Source: Azolla caroliniana
Lineage: Eukaryota; Plantae; Polypodiophyta
Assembly (NCBI GenBank): GCA_043228905.1
Contig: JBHGNT010000020.1
Span: 8,990,001 to 9,054,000, forward strand
Direction of reading: 5' to 3'
Length of the DNA stretch: 64,000 nucleotides
The notes beneath the pieces were generated by a model. It did no database searches, was not told the DNA's origin, and saw only the letters and a program-made list of their open reading frames with translations. Position numbers and translations under genes: made by a program. This document shows positions 52,628-64,000 of the stretch, piece by piece (positions within the stretch are counted from its first letter, which is position 1; every line of letters starts with the position of its first letter).

Positions 52628-55600
52628 CTTTCCAAATCCAATATTGTTGCATCACCTAACCTTTTAGGAGTAACCAAATGGTCCCATGAAATCCATGTAA
52701 CTGAAATCATTTCTCCCTTCTGGCACAACATGAACCAAATAGGTTGTAACATGTTTTGTAATGCCTTCTTAGTCCAAGGTAGTAAAGGCAAAAATATAAT
52801 AACATGGGTATCAAGATACATTGCACCACTTTGAGTCGTACATGAAAGGGCCATAATTGAGACTTCCAATACATCAATTTGTCCTTCAATTTACTACCAA
52901 TCCAATCAATCAATTGAGCATTTGTAACATCAACACCCAATGGATAACCCAAATGTCAATAAATTGATGCTCATGTAATCACTGACCCTCGCCATCCCAA
53001 ACATTCCAAATCACTCTCCGTACAAGAAATAAGGCGAACTTCCTCCAATTTATATACAACCCTGAAGCCAAAGCAAATTGATCCCAAACTTGCATACTCC
53101 TTTCAAGATTTTCTTTTGAGGCTTGTAAAAACATAAAAGAATCATCAGTCAATGCTTTTGCCACCAATTGTCCACCAGAAGGAAGATGCAAACCCATAAT
53201 ATCACCATTATCCACAAGATTTAACAACATTACTAACAAAGGATGTATAACAATGGCAAATAACAATGGGCTTAGTGGACATCCTTGCTGCACGGATCTA
53301 GTAAGAAACACTTTCAGAGTAACTCCGCCATTAAGCATCACACGCGAGGTTGCATTTTGCCCTAGCAAAAAGATAAGTCGACACATATGAGGGCCAAACC
53401 CCATATTATACAACACACCTCAAAGGAAATACCAATTAACATGATCATATGCTTTTTCCAAATCTAATTGCACCATAACCATTTCTTGATGTGTATGTCG
53501 AGCATAATCGGTAGCCATTTGAACATTCAAAACATTATGAAATATATTTCTACCTGTAATAAAACCATATTGAGATGGTTGAATAAGTTGAGGTAAGAAC
53601 TTCTGAAGTCTGTTGGATAATATCTTTGCAAACACTTTGTACCAACCCTCCCATCAATGAAATAGGCCTCCATTGATGAAATGACTCCGGAGATGGTACC
53701 TTTGGTATCAATTTGATTAAGCCCACCTTCCAGCTCTCAAGCATGAAACCAAAATCCCAACATTATTGAAACATTTGTGTGAATGGAGTCTTAAGCATGG
53801 CAACATACTTCTTAAAAACTTTGTTTGTAACATCATCCCAACCAGGGCATTTACCATTTGGAAGATGTAACAATACCTTTTCCACCTCAGCTTCTTCAAA
53901 ATTAGCATCCAATTCTTGACAAATATTTGTATTCACGACACTCCCAATTACATTATAAAACTCTTGTCGTGCTTTCAACAAATCCTCATTAATAATCAAC
54001 TCTGGCCCAATTAAATTCTTAACATGAGTAATACATAACTCAATAACCTTGATTGGGTCTACAACAATGTCATCCCCTATCTTAATTTGTATCACATTTG
54101 AACGACCATACAGTGGTCTTAATCCTTGAAAAAACATATGAGATTGTGATTGATTATTTATAAATTCCTCCTTTAATTGACGTAGTCTTGTCTGTTGATA
54201 ACTTTGACAAGACAAATTCTTCACAATGTCATGTACTTGAACTTGAACATCCAAAAGCTCTTCATTATGCAAATTATTCATCGATAGTATATGAAAACTT
54301 ATCAATCAATTTCGTACATCTTTTAGCATTAGTCATACCATACATACGATGAATATCATTGATGTTTTGTAGTGTTGTATCCCATACATACCATTCTTTT
54401 GAAATAACTTGTTCTGAAAACATGCCAAAATTTTGTTGCATATAGGCATCAAATAAAGAATGTAATAATAAAGAAGAATTAAATCTCAAAGGAACTCGAT
54501 CAAGCAATGTTTTGTACATATCTACCCCAATGTGTTTATTAAACTCAAAACATATGGGAAAATTATTTGATGTCACAACCTCTTGCATAATTGACATACT
54601 AAGCATCTCTGGCAAAAAAGGACTCATCATGCATAACATACATTCTATCTAACCTACTCCATCTTTCCTTGTATTGCATAGAATTAAATGTAAACTCAAC
54701 CTCATTTTGATGCAACCATTTCCATACATCTAACTTCAAAACCTCTAATGCCAATTTGTCCCAAACTACTTGCTCAGGAGAATCCATCAATGAGAATCAT
54801 GAAGTAGATTGTGAAGCATCAACACACATATTAAAATCACCCATTAACAAACCAACACGGCCCACTAATAACCGTGGATACATTGAAGACCATAACTCAA
54901 TGCGTTGATTAACATTATTGGGTGCATAAATTCCTACCAACCATACTTTCATCACCAAAAAACGTCCATATGGATCATTATAGACTATATGTGGATAAAA
55001 CAAATCACGAAAAATCATGACAACCCCTGAGTAATGATGTGATTATTGTCTTGTATAATATGTGGAATATCCACGCAAATGTAACACAGATCTTGCTAAA
55101 TCATGACACTTATGTTCAATTGCACATAAAACGCCCCATTCTTTATCAAATAAAGTTTTCCATAATATATATTTCTTATGAGGAGAAGATGCCCCTCGCA
55201 CATTCCATGATACCACTTTCATTTAACACATTTAGTAGAACTTGCTCTTTATGAGCAAGTGTATTCATGAATGTACTAACTACTTGTTCAAGAGCTGCAT
55301 AAGAATTCATGTGTACTACATCCCCCTCCAACAATATTAGGGTTTTGTTGTCTAGCTCCACGAGAACGAAGTACTTGATTTAATTGAGGTCGTACCACCT
55401 TTCTTGAAGAATCGAATTTTAATTAGCTGGACAATCTTTGATTTCACACTTGTTTCTACCAAGGATTTTTCTTAAACCCCTCATTCAATCTCAAATTATC
55501 TTTTGGTAATGCCTTACTATTAGTATTTTTTGTGTCCCTTTGTATAGCAACACACTTCCCTTTTATCTTATGCTTCACTTGATGCCACTCTCCATCTTCA

Positions 55601-56852
55601 ATATCTGGGTCATCATTAATGCATGCTCCATTCTCCTCCCCAACACCTCTAACATGACCATGAACTTTAGGATCACGCTCTAACCCATGAGATGTTCCCT
55701 CATCCATGACCATATCAACCATTGAGACAATATCTTTCTCAACATCTTCCTTATTTTTCCCTTTGACATTATTTTCTGGGGATAGTTCACCATGATATTG
55801 GCATTCAGCCATAAAATGCCCCAATTTACCACATTTAAGGCAATGTCCTGCAAAAGTCTCCCATTGAACCTTAAAACGAAATCAATGAAATCGAGATGTA
55901 TATATACTCAACCATCCTGGAAGTTTACAACTTGTATCCCATAACATGCAAAATCTACATTTGTTCAACGGATTAACATGAGGAGCAACCAAAACTTTAC
56001 CAATTTGAGACATCAATACTAGTAGTAAATCCCAAAAGAATGAGTTACTACAATCAACGGTCACCCAAATTGGACATTGTTGTTTTAATAAATCTTTATA
56101 ATCCACCATTGGAACTCATTCCATCACATGCACTAATTTTCCATCAAAAAAGAGTGGTACCTTTGCCATCAAAGTCGTACAGTGTTTTGATGATCAAAAA
56201 ACCACATCATAGAAACCTCTTGGACCCACATAGACATCCTCAACACAATTAGCCATTATGAATGAATTCAACCACTACTTAATCCATGATACCAAAGGAA
56301 GTTTGCTAGTGAAATACAAAAATAACACCACAATCATAGAACCTGTCAAAAGTTATTAACATAGACTTGGTCTCCATCACCACCTCTACAAACATCCTCC
56401 TCCACACAATCTTTAGCATCTTTCTCATTTTTTTCCATAAAATTGGAAAGCAAAGCCTTAACAAAATCACAACTATTGTCAATATTATAATTATCTCCAA
56501 TAACATCTTTCCCACCAAGAATTGCAACATATGATGTTTTCTCATGTTCTATAGAATTGATACACTTTTTCCTATTGTAATTTACACAACCATCATTAGT
56601 ACCACATCCATCAACAATCATCAACTCACTTCATGTTGTGTCAACCATCCTAATAGAGATTGAGAGAACTAACTTGAGACGATGACGATTTTCTTGTAGA
56701 TTCTTGTAACGATAACCAAACTTATTGTCCTAATAATCCTTGGATAGCTCTCTGAATGAGCTTCGCAATGAGCCAAAAATCATAAATATCAGAGTTCTGA
56801 GTACAAAGTTACATCAGAAACATGTTTCAACACAATTATTGGAACGTCATCG

Positions 56853-56856
<4 letters not shown>
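52628..56856 (-). mobile_element. L1/Tx1-type LINE, 5' part (ORF1, endonuclease, RT), decayed
   Basis: ORF1 knuckle CLKCGKLGHFMAEC (~55800-55842); EN motifs MGDFN and SRLDRMY; RT motifs WRPISL, DLEKAYDHV and QGCPLSPLLF. The 5' boundary is inferred at the (TC)n run. Confidence 0.85.
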
Positions 56857-56899
<43 letters not shown>

Positions 56900-57543
56900 A
56901 TTGAGCCTCGTCTACTCATTCGTGACAATCATATCGACATGTTGGATTTTTGTTATGATTCATATAAACATTTTGCTCTAGGAAGCAAGTTTTTACACTG
57001 TTGGCTTTGGTCTCTTTGGTTTTTCTCCTTTTTAATTTGCCACTAGGAAGCAAGTTTTTACACTGTTGGCTCTGGTCTCCCTTGCAATTGGAGATCAAAT
57101 GCCTTATGTCGACATTTTTCTAGCAGACTAGCAAGCAACAATGTGGGTTGCACAACAAGGACTACAACAATCGAAGGGACGAATGGTTCAGGCAGCCAAC
57201 AAAAAATGGACCATATGAAGAACTACAAAGTTTTAATGGAGTTACTTACAAGCATAGTTCCTAATATTCGTGTACGTCCAATTTGGTGGACGTACACGAA
57301 CGTTGGCATACGTTTGCGTATGATACGCGACATTCATTTGGAAATTATTTTTTTTCCTTTTGGTTTTTTTTCTGATATTCATAATTCGTTGCGAACAGAA
57401 GTGATGTCTGACGTACACACACACACCCTCTCTCTCTCTCTCTCACGAGAACTGACAGATCTTCTTGCTCTACAGAATCCAATACACACACTCAAGGACT
57501 TACAGAGCTTCTCTCTCCCTCACATAAACAAAACCCTTAGCTC

Positions 57544-57580
<37 letters not shown>

Positions 57581-57679
57581 GACATACACTCAACCACTAT
57601 CTCCTCACACATGCAAAACAGGGCTTCTCTCTCTAAACCACACACGCTCTCTCTCTCTCTCTGATACATAACCAACCAC

Positions 57680-58830
57680 TTGATAGAATATCCCACCAAG
57701 CCTTTAAGGCTTCTCGAGCACTGTATGAGTCCGGCTATACTAGCTCATGGTATGGCATGATGGTGAGTTGGCTTCTTGCCAACGGTCTAGACATTACTAA
57801 CCTCCCCCCCCTTAAGTACAACCACACGAATGATAACACTTTAATCTCTCATGAGGACCGTAATAAAGTAATACGCCAAGAAATATGGCAAATTTATACT
57901 CGGTATAAATGGATCACCCCACTAGAGCCACTCCCATCTAAAATGTCGTACTATAAGGAACACTTTATGCACTTCTCTGAGTTAGGTTTTATCACGCGCC
58001 CAAAATATCTAGATGTATTCTTACCACATGCACTAAGGGTTGCCATTGGTCAACTTCGAATATCATCTCACCAACTTGAGATTGAGAATGGACGTACTAA
58101 TGGAGTCCCTAGGGAGGAAAGGATATGTAGGTTATGCCACATAGAGATAGAGGATGAGTACCATTTTACATGCAAATGCCCCACCTATGCCGAGATAAGG
58201 GCAAAATACCAAGACATACTTGGTTCCTCTCCCACCCTCCCTAAACTATTAGATACACTAGATATAAAGAAATTAGGTAGATACATCTTAGAATTGAAAC
58301 AACACAGAGAGAATAAATTACAAAACGTTGATAATAATGTTGCTAATGTTTACCAACATATAACAAATGAAGTTTTTCAGGAACAAGGGGAGACAATGAA
58401 TGTCGACACACCTGCACCACTCGAACTTCTCCTTGATAAAGCAGAAAATCAAAGAAGAACCAAACGCCCTCGGATGCCGGGTTTCAAAGCAACTCGACGA
58501 GATGTAGAAGCAATAAAGAAAATAAGGGAACGTGAACTACACCGCCTAGAAGCCATGGCTAGGGCACTCTATGCATCGGGACCATGGGTCACACCCACAC
58601 CAAAAACTTTTGACCTCCCACTTCTTTTTGAGAGACTTGGGTGGAAATGAGATTAGGCTTAGTGCAAAGTTTTGTACACTACTAGAACTTTCTTAGCTTA
58701 AGCTATTTTATTTTATTTTTAGTTTTGATGATTGGATAAACACTCATTTTTGTTGTAACCTATTTGTCTCATGGGCCAAATTTGGCCTTAGAAGACGTTA
58801 ATATATCTTTCTTTCTTTCTTTCTTTCTTT
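57680..58830 (+). mobile_element. 5'-truncated RTE/L2-type LINE with (TTTC)n tail
   Basis: LRISSHQLEIENGR...ERICRLC...EDEYHFTCKCPTY; 3' hairpin; flanked by ~80-bp direct repeats. Confidence 0.8.
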
Positions 58831-59081
58831 CTCTCTCTCTCTCTAGACATACACTCAACCACTATCTCCTCACACATGCAAAACAAGGCTTCTCTCTCTA
58901 AACCACACACACACACACTCTCTCTCTCTCTCTCACACACACACACAGACTACGTAGTATGTACACTGTATGTATGTATGATTATATCTATGTACCGCGT
59001 ATGGATTTCAATCATACTCGGAGCCTTTTCACGTATGAGTATGGCACGAATGGGACATATGGCTAGAACTATGCTTACAAG

Positions 59082-59650
59082 TTGAAATTACTTAGTTCCG
59101 TCAAGGTGCATGATTCCTTTCATGTAAGTTTGCTTAAAAGATTTCATGGAGATAAACATTGGAGCCGGAAGACTAATCTACATAAAGAAGTTGAAGAACC
59201 TGAAACAATTTATAAACAAGTGCGCACTAGAAATACAAATTTTTTGATCAATTGGAAAGGGCAACCACTTTGGGAAGCCACATGGATCTCTAAAGAAAGT
59301 TTGCTTCCGTCGGATCCCACATTCTTGTTAGGGCACCCTATCTATGATTAGTAGTACAATGGCAAGGGCTTAGACATTGGATATTGCATCAGTATGGTAA
59401 GACCACTTTTGCCATTGGTGTTTATTTGTCCTTCTCATTATGTTTTCAAATGTAGCAAGTCATGTCGTTGTAATAGTGTATTTAGTTTAGAGGACGAAAC
59501 TCTTCACTTAGCGGGAGAGTGTTATGGAGTAGTTAGGATTAGAGAAATTAAGGGAATTGCTGGGAGTATTTAGAGATATTAGTGGTTTAAGACTTAAGTA
59601 GTTGAGTGGATGGTTATTTAAGTAGCTTGTCAGTGCACAAAGGAAAGGAG
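59082..59650 (+). mobile_element. Chromovirus 3' remnant (integrase tail, chromodomain, PPT, LTR start)
   Basis: VHDSFHVSLLK...FLINWKGQPLWEATW; gcgggagag followed by tgttatgg at 59520. The right boundary is uncertain. Confidence 0.65.
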
Positions 59651-60180
59651 GCTATTTTCTGGAAATTTGGGGATGCCCCCCATGTAATAAATCTTTTTTA
59701 ATATCAAAATACCCCGTCCCGTCTCTTTCACAATTTCCTTTTCCTTTATTGTCTTTTGTAATAGAGAGAGAGAGAGAGAGAGAGAGAGTCATAATGGGTA
59801 GTATGTGATGTTGATACTTGATAGTGCCATACAAACGTGGGTATGGTTTATTCCCAGCCCAGCCCAGCCCTTAAAAGAGGAAATACACCATATGAGAATC
59901 GAGATAAGAAGCCGGCCGACCAACCAACCAAACCGACACGAACCGAATCGAAGCTGACCAACCAACCCATGATTTGTAAAACCGCCCATGACGTCATCTG
60001 CTTACACAGCACACACACAACACTCTGTCTCTCTATCTCTCTCCCCTAATGTCTCTGTGCTACTACTCCTCATCCTCAATAAAACCGATCATGTATCTTC
60101 CTTCCTATTATTAGCTAGCTGGCCATCCCATCCCATCTCCACTCCAACTCGACTCAACTCAACTCAACTCAGCTCAGCTC

Positions 60181-62132
60181 ATGGCTCCTACTCCTCCTCC
60201 TCCTCCTCCTCCTCCTCCTCCCATTCCACACCCACTTCCTCTCCATGAGTTTGTGGTGGTCTCTCGTATCGTCGCCCTCAACAACTACCTCAAACCTCTC
60301 TTCTACCTTCGTTCCTCCATTCTCCTCCTCTTCCTCTCCTCCTCTCGCCTCCATCCGTCCTTCTTCATCTCTTCCTCCTCCTCCACCTCCTTCTCTTATT
60401 CCCACCTCTATCTCCACGACAAGCCCCATCTCCTCCTCCTCTGCTCCGCGCTCCTCTGCGAGCTCTGCCTCTCCTTACAATCCCACCTCTCCCTCTTCTA
60501 CAGGCTGCGCTTGGTGGAGCGTGTGGCTCACCCCTCTAGGCTCTTCCTACCCCATACCCCTAACCCTAACCCTAACCCTACCCCTAACCCTATCCCCCAT
60601 GTACATGATGATGGACATGGAGGCCCCCGGCAGCTGCTGGATGAGCTGCCCCCTGTGGATGTCTTCGTCACCACCGCCGACCCTCTCAAGGAACCCCCCC
60701 TCGTCACCCTCAACACCCTGCTCTCAGCTCTCGCACTCGACTACTCGCCACGTCGCCTCTCCTGCTACGTCTCCGACGATGCCGGATCCCTCCTCAACCT
60801 TTGGGCCATCAAGCTCGCCGCCGCTTTCGCCATCCACTGGGTTCCATTCTGCCGACGCTTCCCCTCCATCACACCTCGAGCTCCAGGCCCGCATTTTGCC
60901 AAGCATAAACATGCACCCGACTCGACACACGTGCCAAACGCCTCCTCCTCTCATGCTTCGGGTTTTGCCGCTGAATGGACAACTATGAAGGTACGTAGGT
61001 CTTAACTGATGATCCCGCACAATCTCTGCCTGGTTTTATAGGAATAATTGTTGGATGATGGAGACGAGTACGTATATGTAAAAAAACATTTGAAGGACAG
61101 GCCAGGTACAAGGAGCTGGAGCGCAGGGTGACATCCATGACGCAGAGATATGGAGATCATCGCTCCAAGGCAGAGGCTCTGAAGATGATGCTTGCAGACG
61201 TAATGATGGAGACTGGGTTGATTCATAGTTACAGCAGATTAGATAATAATAATACTAATAATAATAAGGATGATGAGGGTTACATGGGCCGTCTGAAGCG
61301 CTCCGTTTTGTCAGAATCATGGGCAGCTGTGGACTACGATTCACGGCATCACCACGCTTACTGTGAAGTGAGCACCTTCACTACTATCTACTATCTACTA
61401 TCTACTACTCCTACTACACACATACATATATATGCAATTAATGGGGTTGTTTCGATTTTGTTATCTGCTGCTGCAGGTTCTGATAGACAAATCTCAAGAG
61501 GAGGAGGAGGAGGAGGGAGGGCTGCCTTGCCTGGTGTATATGTCCCGAGAGAAGAGCCTTCAACGCAAGCACCACTATAAAGCCGGCAACATGAATGCGC
61601 TGGTCTTCAATCTCTCTCTCTCTCTCTCTCTCTTCCACTCTGTGTGAATAATCTTAACCTCAATTACAATGGCACTTTGCTGTTTTAATAAGATCTCATC
61701 AATCCAATCCATTCCAATCTGCTAATCAATGAATGTGTTGTGTACATATAACATGACCAGATTCGTGTGTCCGGCATCTTTACAAACGCACCCTTCATCA
61801 TCAACCTTGATTGCGACACATACGCCAACGATGGCAATGCGCTCCTACAAGCCATGTGTTTCTTCATGGATTCTTCCATTAATCCTCAGTTAGGCTTTGT
61901 CCAGTTCCCACAAATTTTTGAAGGGATGGAAGGAGATGATTCGTTCACAACTGTTATCGAGGTACTGAATATTTTGCCATTCCAAATTAGTTACAGCACA
62001 TTAAGAGAACAACTTGAACTTTGCCTCTTGCAAGTAATTTGTCACAGTTTTATTCAATCCTGTGGATTACCGAATTATAATAACTGAGGCCTAATTGCAT
62101 GCAAGATTCATCACAGCCGAGGCTTACTTGTC

Positions 62133-62163
<31 letters not shown>

Positions 62164-63846
62164 TTTGTGTCTGATGATTTTTGTAGGTGGTCTTGAAGGG
62201 ATGGGATAGTTGCCAAGGTCCACCATATTGTGGAACTTCTTGTATACTTAAGAGAGAGGCATTGTATGGAAAAACACCAGATGGTATCTGTCTCAATAGT
62301 AAGTTATAAGCTCATCATTCTCACTACTACTACATTCATCCCCCCCCTGAAGGAAAATTAAAATTACTAATGGATTAGCTTGGCCTTCAATGGAGGTCTG
62401 AAAAGTGAAGACCTAGGAACCTCTGCGGTCTTCAATAATTGTGCTGCAAGGATATTATCGACAAAGCCGAGCGATGATGGCGAGAATGATGGTGTCCTAC
62501 GAGGAGACCCTTTTGTAGAGGAGGCGATTGAATTGCTTGGCTGTAGATATGAAGATGGAACCAATTGGGGCGAAGAGGTATCATACATCATCATGCATCA
62601 TACATAATACATAACATAAATGGATCAATAACATGAGGAGCAACAATATGTTAAAGCCCATTTCATGTGCAACTTCTGGCAAATTCTTAGGCCGGATTAA
62701 TCTATGGATCAGTAACTGAGGACGTGCTCACTGGTCTCAAACTCCATGGGAGGGGATGGAAATCGGTATTCTGTTCGCCCAAGCATAGGCCTGCTTTCTT
62801 GGGCCGTTTCCCGGTAGGAAGTGAGGATATGTTAACAACCAGAAAGCGGTGGTCGGCAGGATTCTTGGAGGTAATGGTGGGCACCGACTCTCCCTTCTCA
62901 TTCACACGCTTGCCCAAACTTAGCATGGTCCAAAGGCTCAATTACATCTACTTGTTCAATTCTATTGCGGTGGGGATCCCATCAGCGATGTATGCACTGC
63001 TGCCCTGTGCATCATTATTGATAGGGAGGCCTTTATTCCCAAAGGTAAGCTTAGGTAGTTCTTGTTTCTTCTTCTAGAATTATTTATACCAATTTTGGAT
63101 TGGCGGGAATATTTAGCAATTCTGGAACAAAGTTAACATTTAAAGAATGCGTGCATGATGAACAGATGGAAGAGAACCCCATGTGGCTGTTGTTAGGGTT
63201 AGCGGCATTTGTTAGCGCCTATGGCTGCACACGTGTGGAGAGCATGGTCATGGGGATGAGCCTACAGGCATGGTGGATGGGGGAGAAGATGGATGCGCTC
63301 GCAGCCACATCCTCTAGTCTCTTTGCGGCCTACGATGTCCTCAAGAAACTCATGGGTATCTCAGACATCAAATTCGAAATAACGCCCAAGGACAAATTAG
63401 TGAAGGAAGAAGACACGACGAAGACGAAGACGAAGACGAAGACGAAGCGAGAAGAAGCAGAAGCAGAAGCAGCGGTGAGCGGTGGGGTTGTTGTGAACAG
63501 CAAATTGAAGCTATTTGTGCCTCCGACGGTTATCGTTATGCTGAACCTTGCGGCCCTCTCGCAATTTCTGCTCTCCTCTCTGCTCAACCCATCGCTGTGG
63601 TCCACTTCATCCGCCATGGCGAGCAGCAGCAGGAGGAGGAGGAGGGTTGATGCGGTGATGAAGGTGGAGGCGTGGTGCTGCGCATGGGTCCTGCTTCTCC
63701 TGCATCCCATCGTGAAGGGCCTGTTTCTGTGGTGCAGGGGACACCGAAGATCGCCTCTCGCACTTCACTCCTCCATCGTCTTCCTCTCCTCCGCCTGCTC
63801 TTTCATCGCTTTCTGCATCATCAGCCTCATGACGGGGAAACTTTGA
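60181..63846 (+). CDS. Cellulose synthase-like GT2 glycosyltransferase (no zinc finger; CslB/E/G/H-like architecture)
   Basis: Predicted exons 60181-60990, 61101-61367, 61477-61602, 61761-61961, 62187-62283 (or 62298), ~62396/62417-62577, 62691-63044 and 63166-63846, with GT-AG introns. Motifs [51 protein letters not shown]. The exon 6 acceptor is uncertain. Confidence 0.9.
60558..60592. repeat. (CCCTAA)n hexamer repeat encoding [11 protein letters not shown]
   Basis: Seen directly in exon 1. Confidence 0.85.
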
Positions 63847-64000
63847 AGGCTTAAAATTTAAACTATCCATGGCCTGCCTCCTTAATTTGTCAGCTACTGA
63901 TCATCTAAGTTCTTCACAATTAACTATTTGCTTACATTCACTAATTACGTGCGTGCGTGCGTGCATTACCTTCACTAATGTCACAACTTGTCATTCCCTA

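Noticed and set aside
60245-60988. Alternative-frame Ser/Pro-rich ORF
   Set aside because: Overlaps CSL exon 1 and is a by-product of its C-rich composition.

Overview
Eukaryotic land-plant nuclear DNA. The repeat types and gene style suggest a fern-like, TE-rich genome, which is an inference. About 59 kb is a nested retroelement stack that can be reconstructed from termini and TSDs. A Ty3/gypsy 3' half with an extra coiled-coil ORF occupies 1-4137. An RTE/L2-type LINE fragment is split by a non-autonomous gypsy element whose two LTRs differ (4543-9529, TSD ACGT). A decayed near-full L1 (minus, 9623-~56856) is split by a Ty1/copia element (10917-52627, 414-bp LTRs, TSD CTTTC). That copia is inflated to 41.7 kb by two insertions: a nested tRNA-Trp-primed gypsy (42605-49651, TSD GCGT) and a ~29-kb non-transpositional insertion in its RNase H end (11919-40899). 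The junction of the 29-kb insertion carries templated filler plus four plant telomere repeats. The insertion contains a near-identical 3170-bp tandem array (at least 9 copies, one assembly gap) with a perfect 34-bp fold-back at each unit junction. It also contains a G-box-rich promoter plus the first codons of an acetolactate-synthase-like gene. The only apparently intact host gene is an 8-exon cellulose-synthase-like gene (60181-63846) with TRKRW in place of QxxRW. No evidence was found for a new multi-gene system; the most unusual signals are repair and amplification scars and target preferences of the retroelements.
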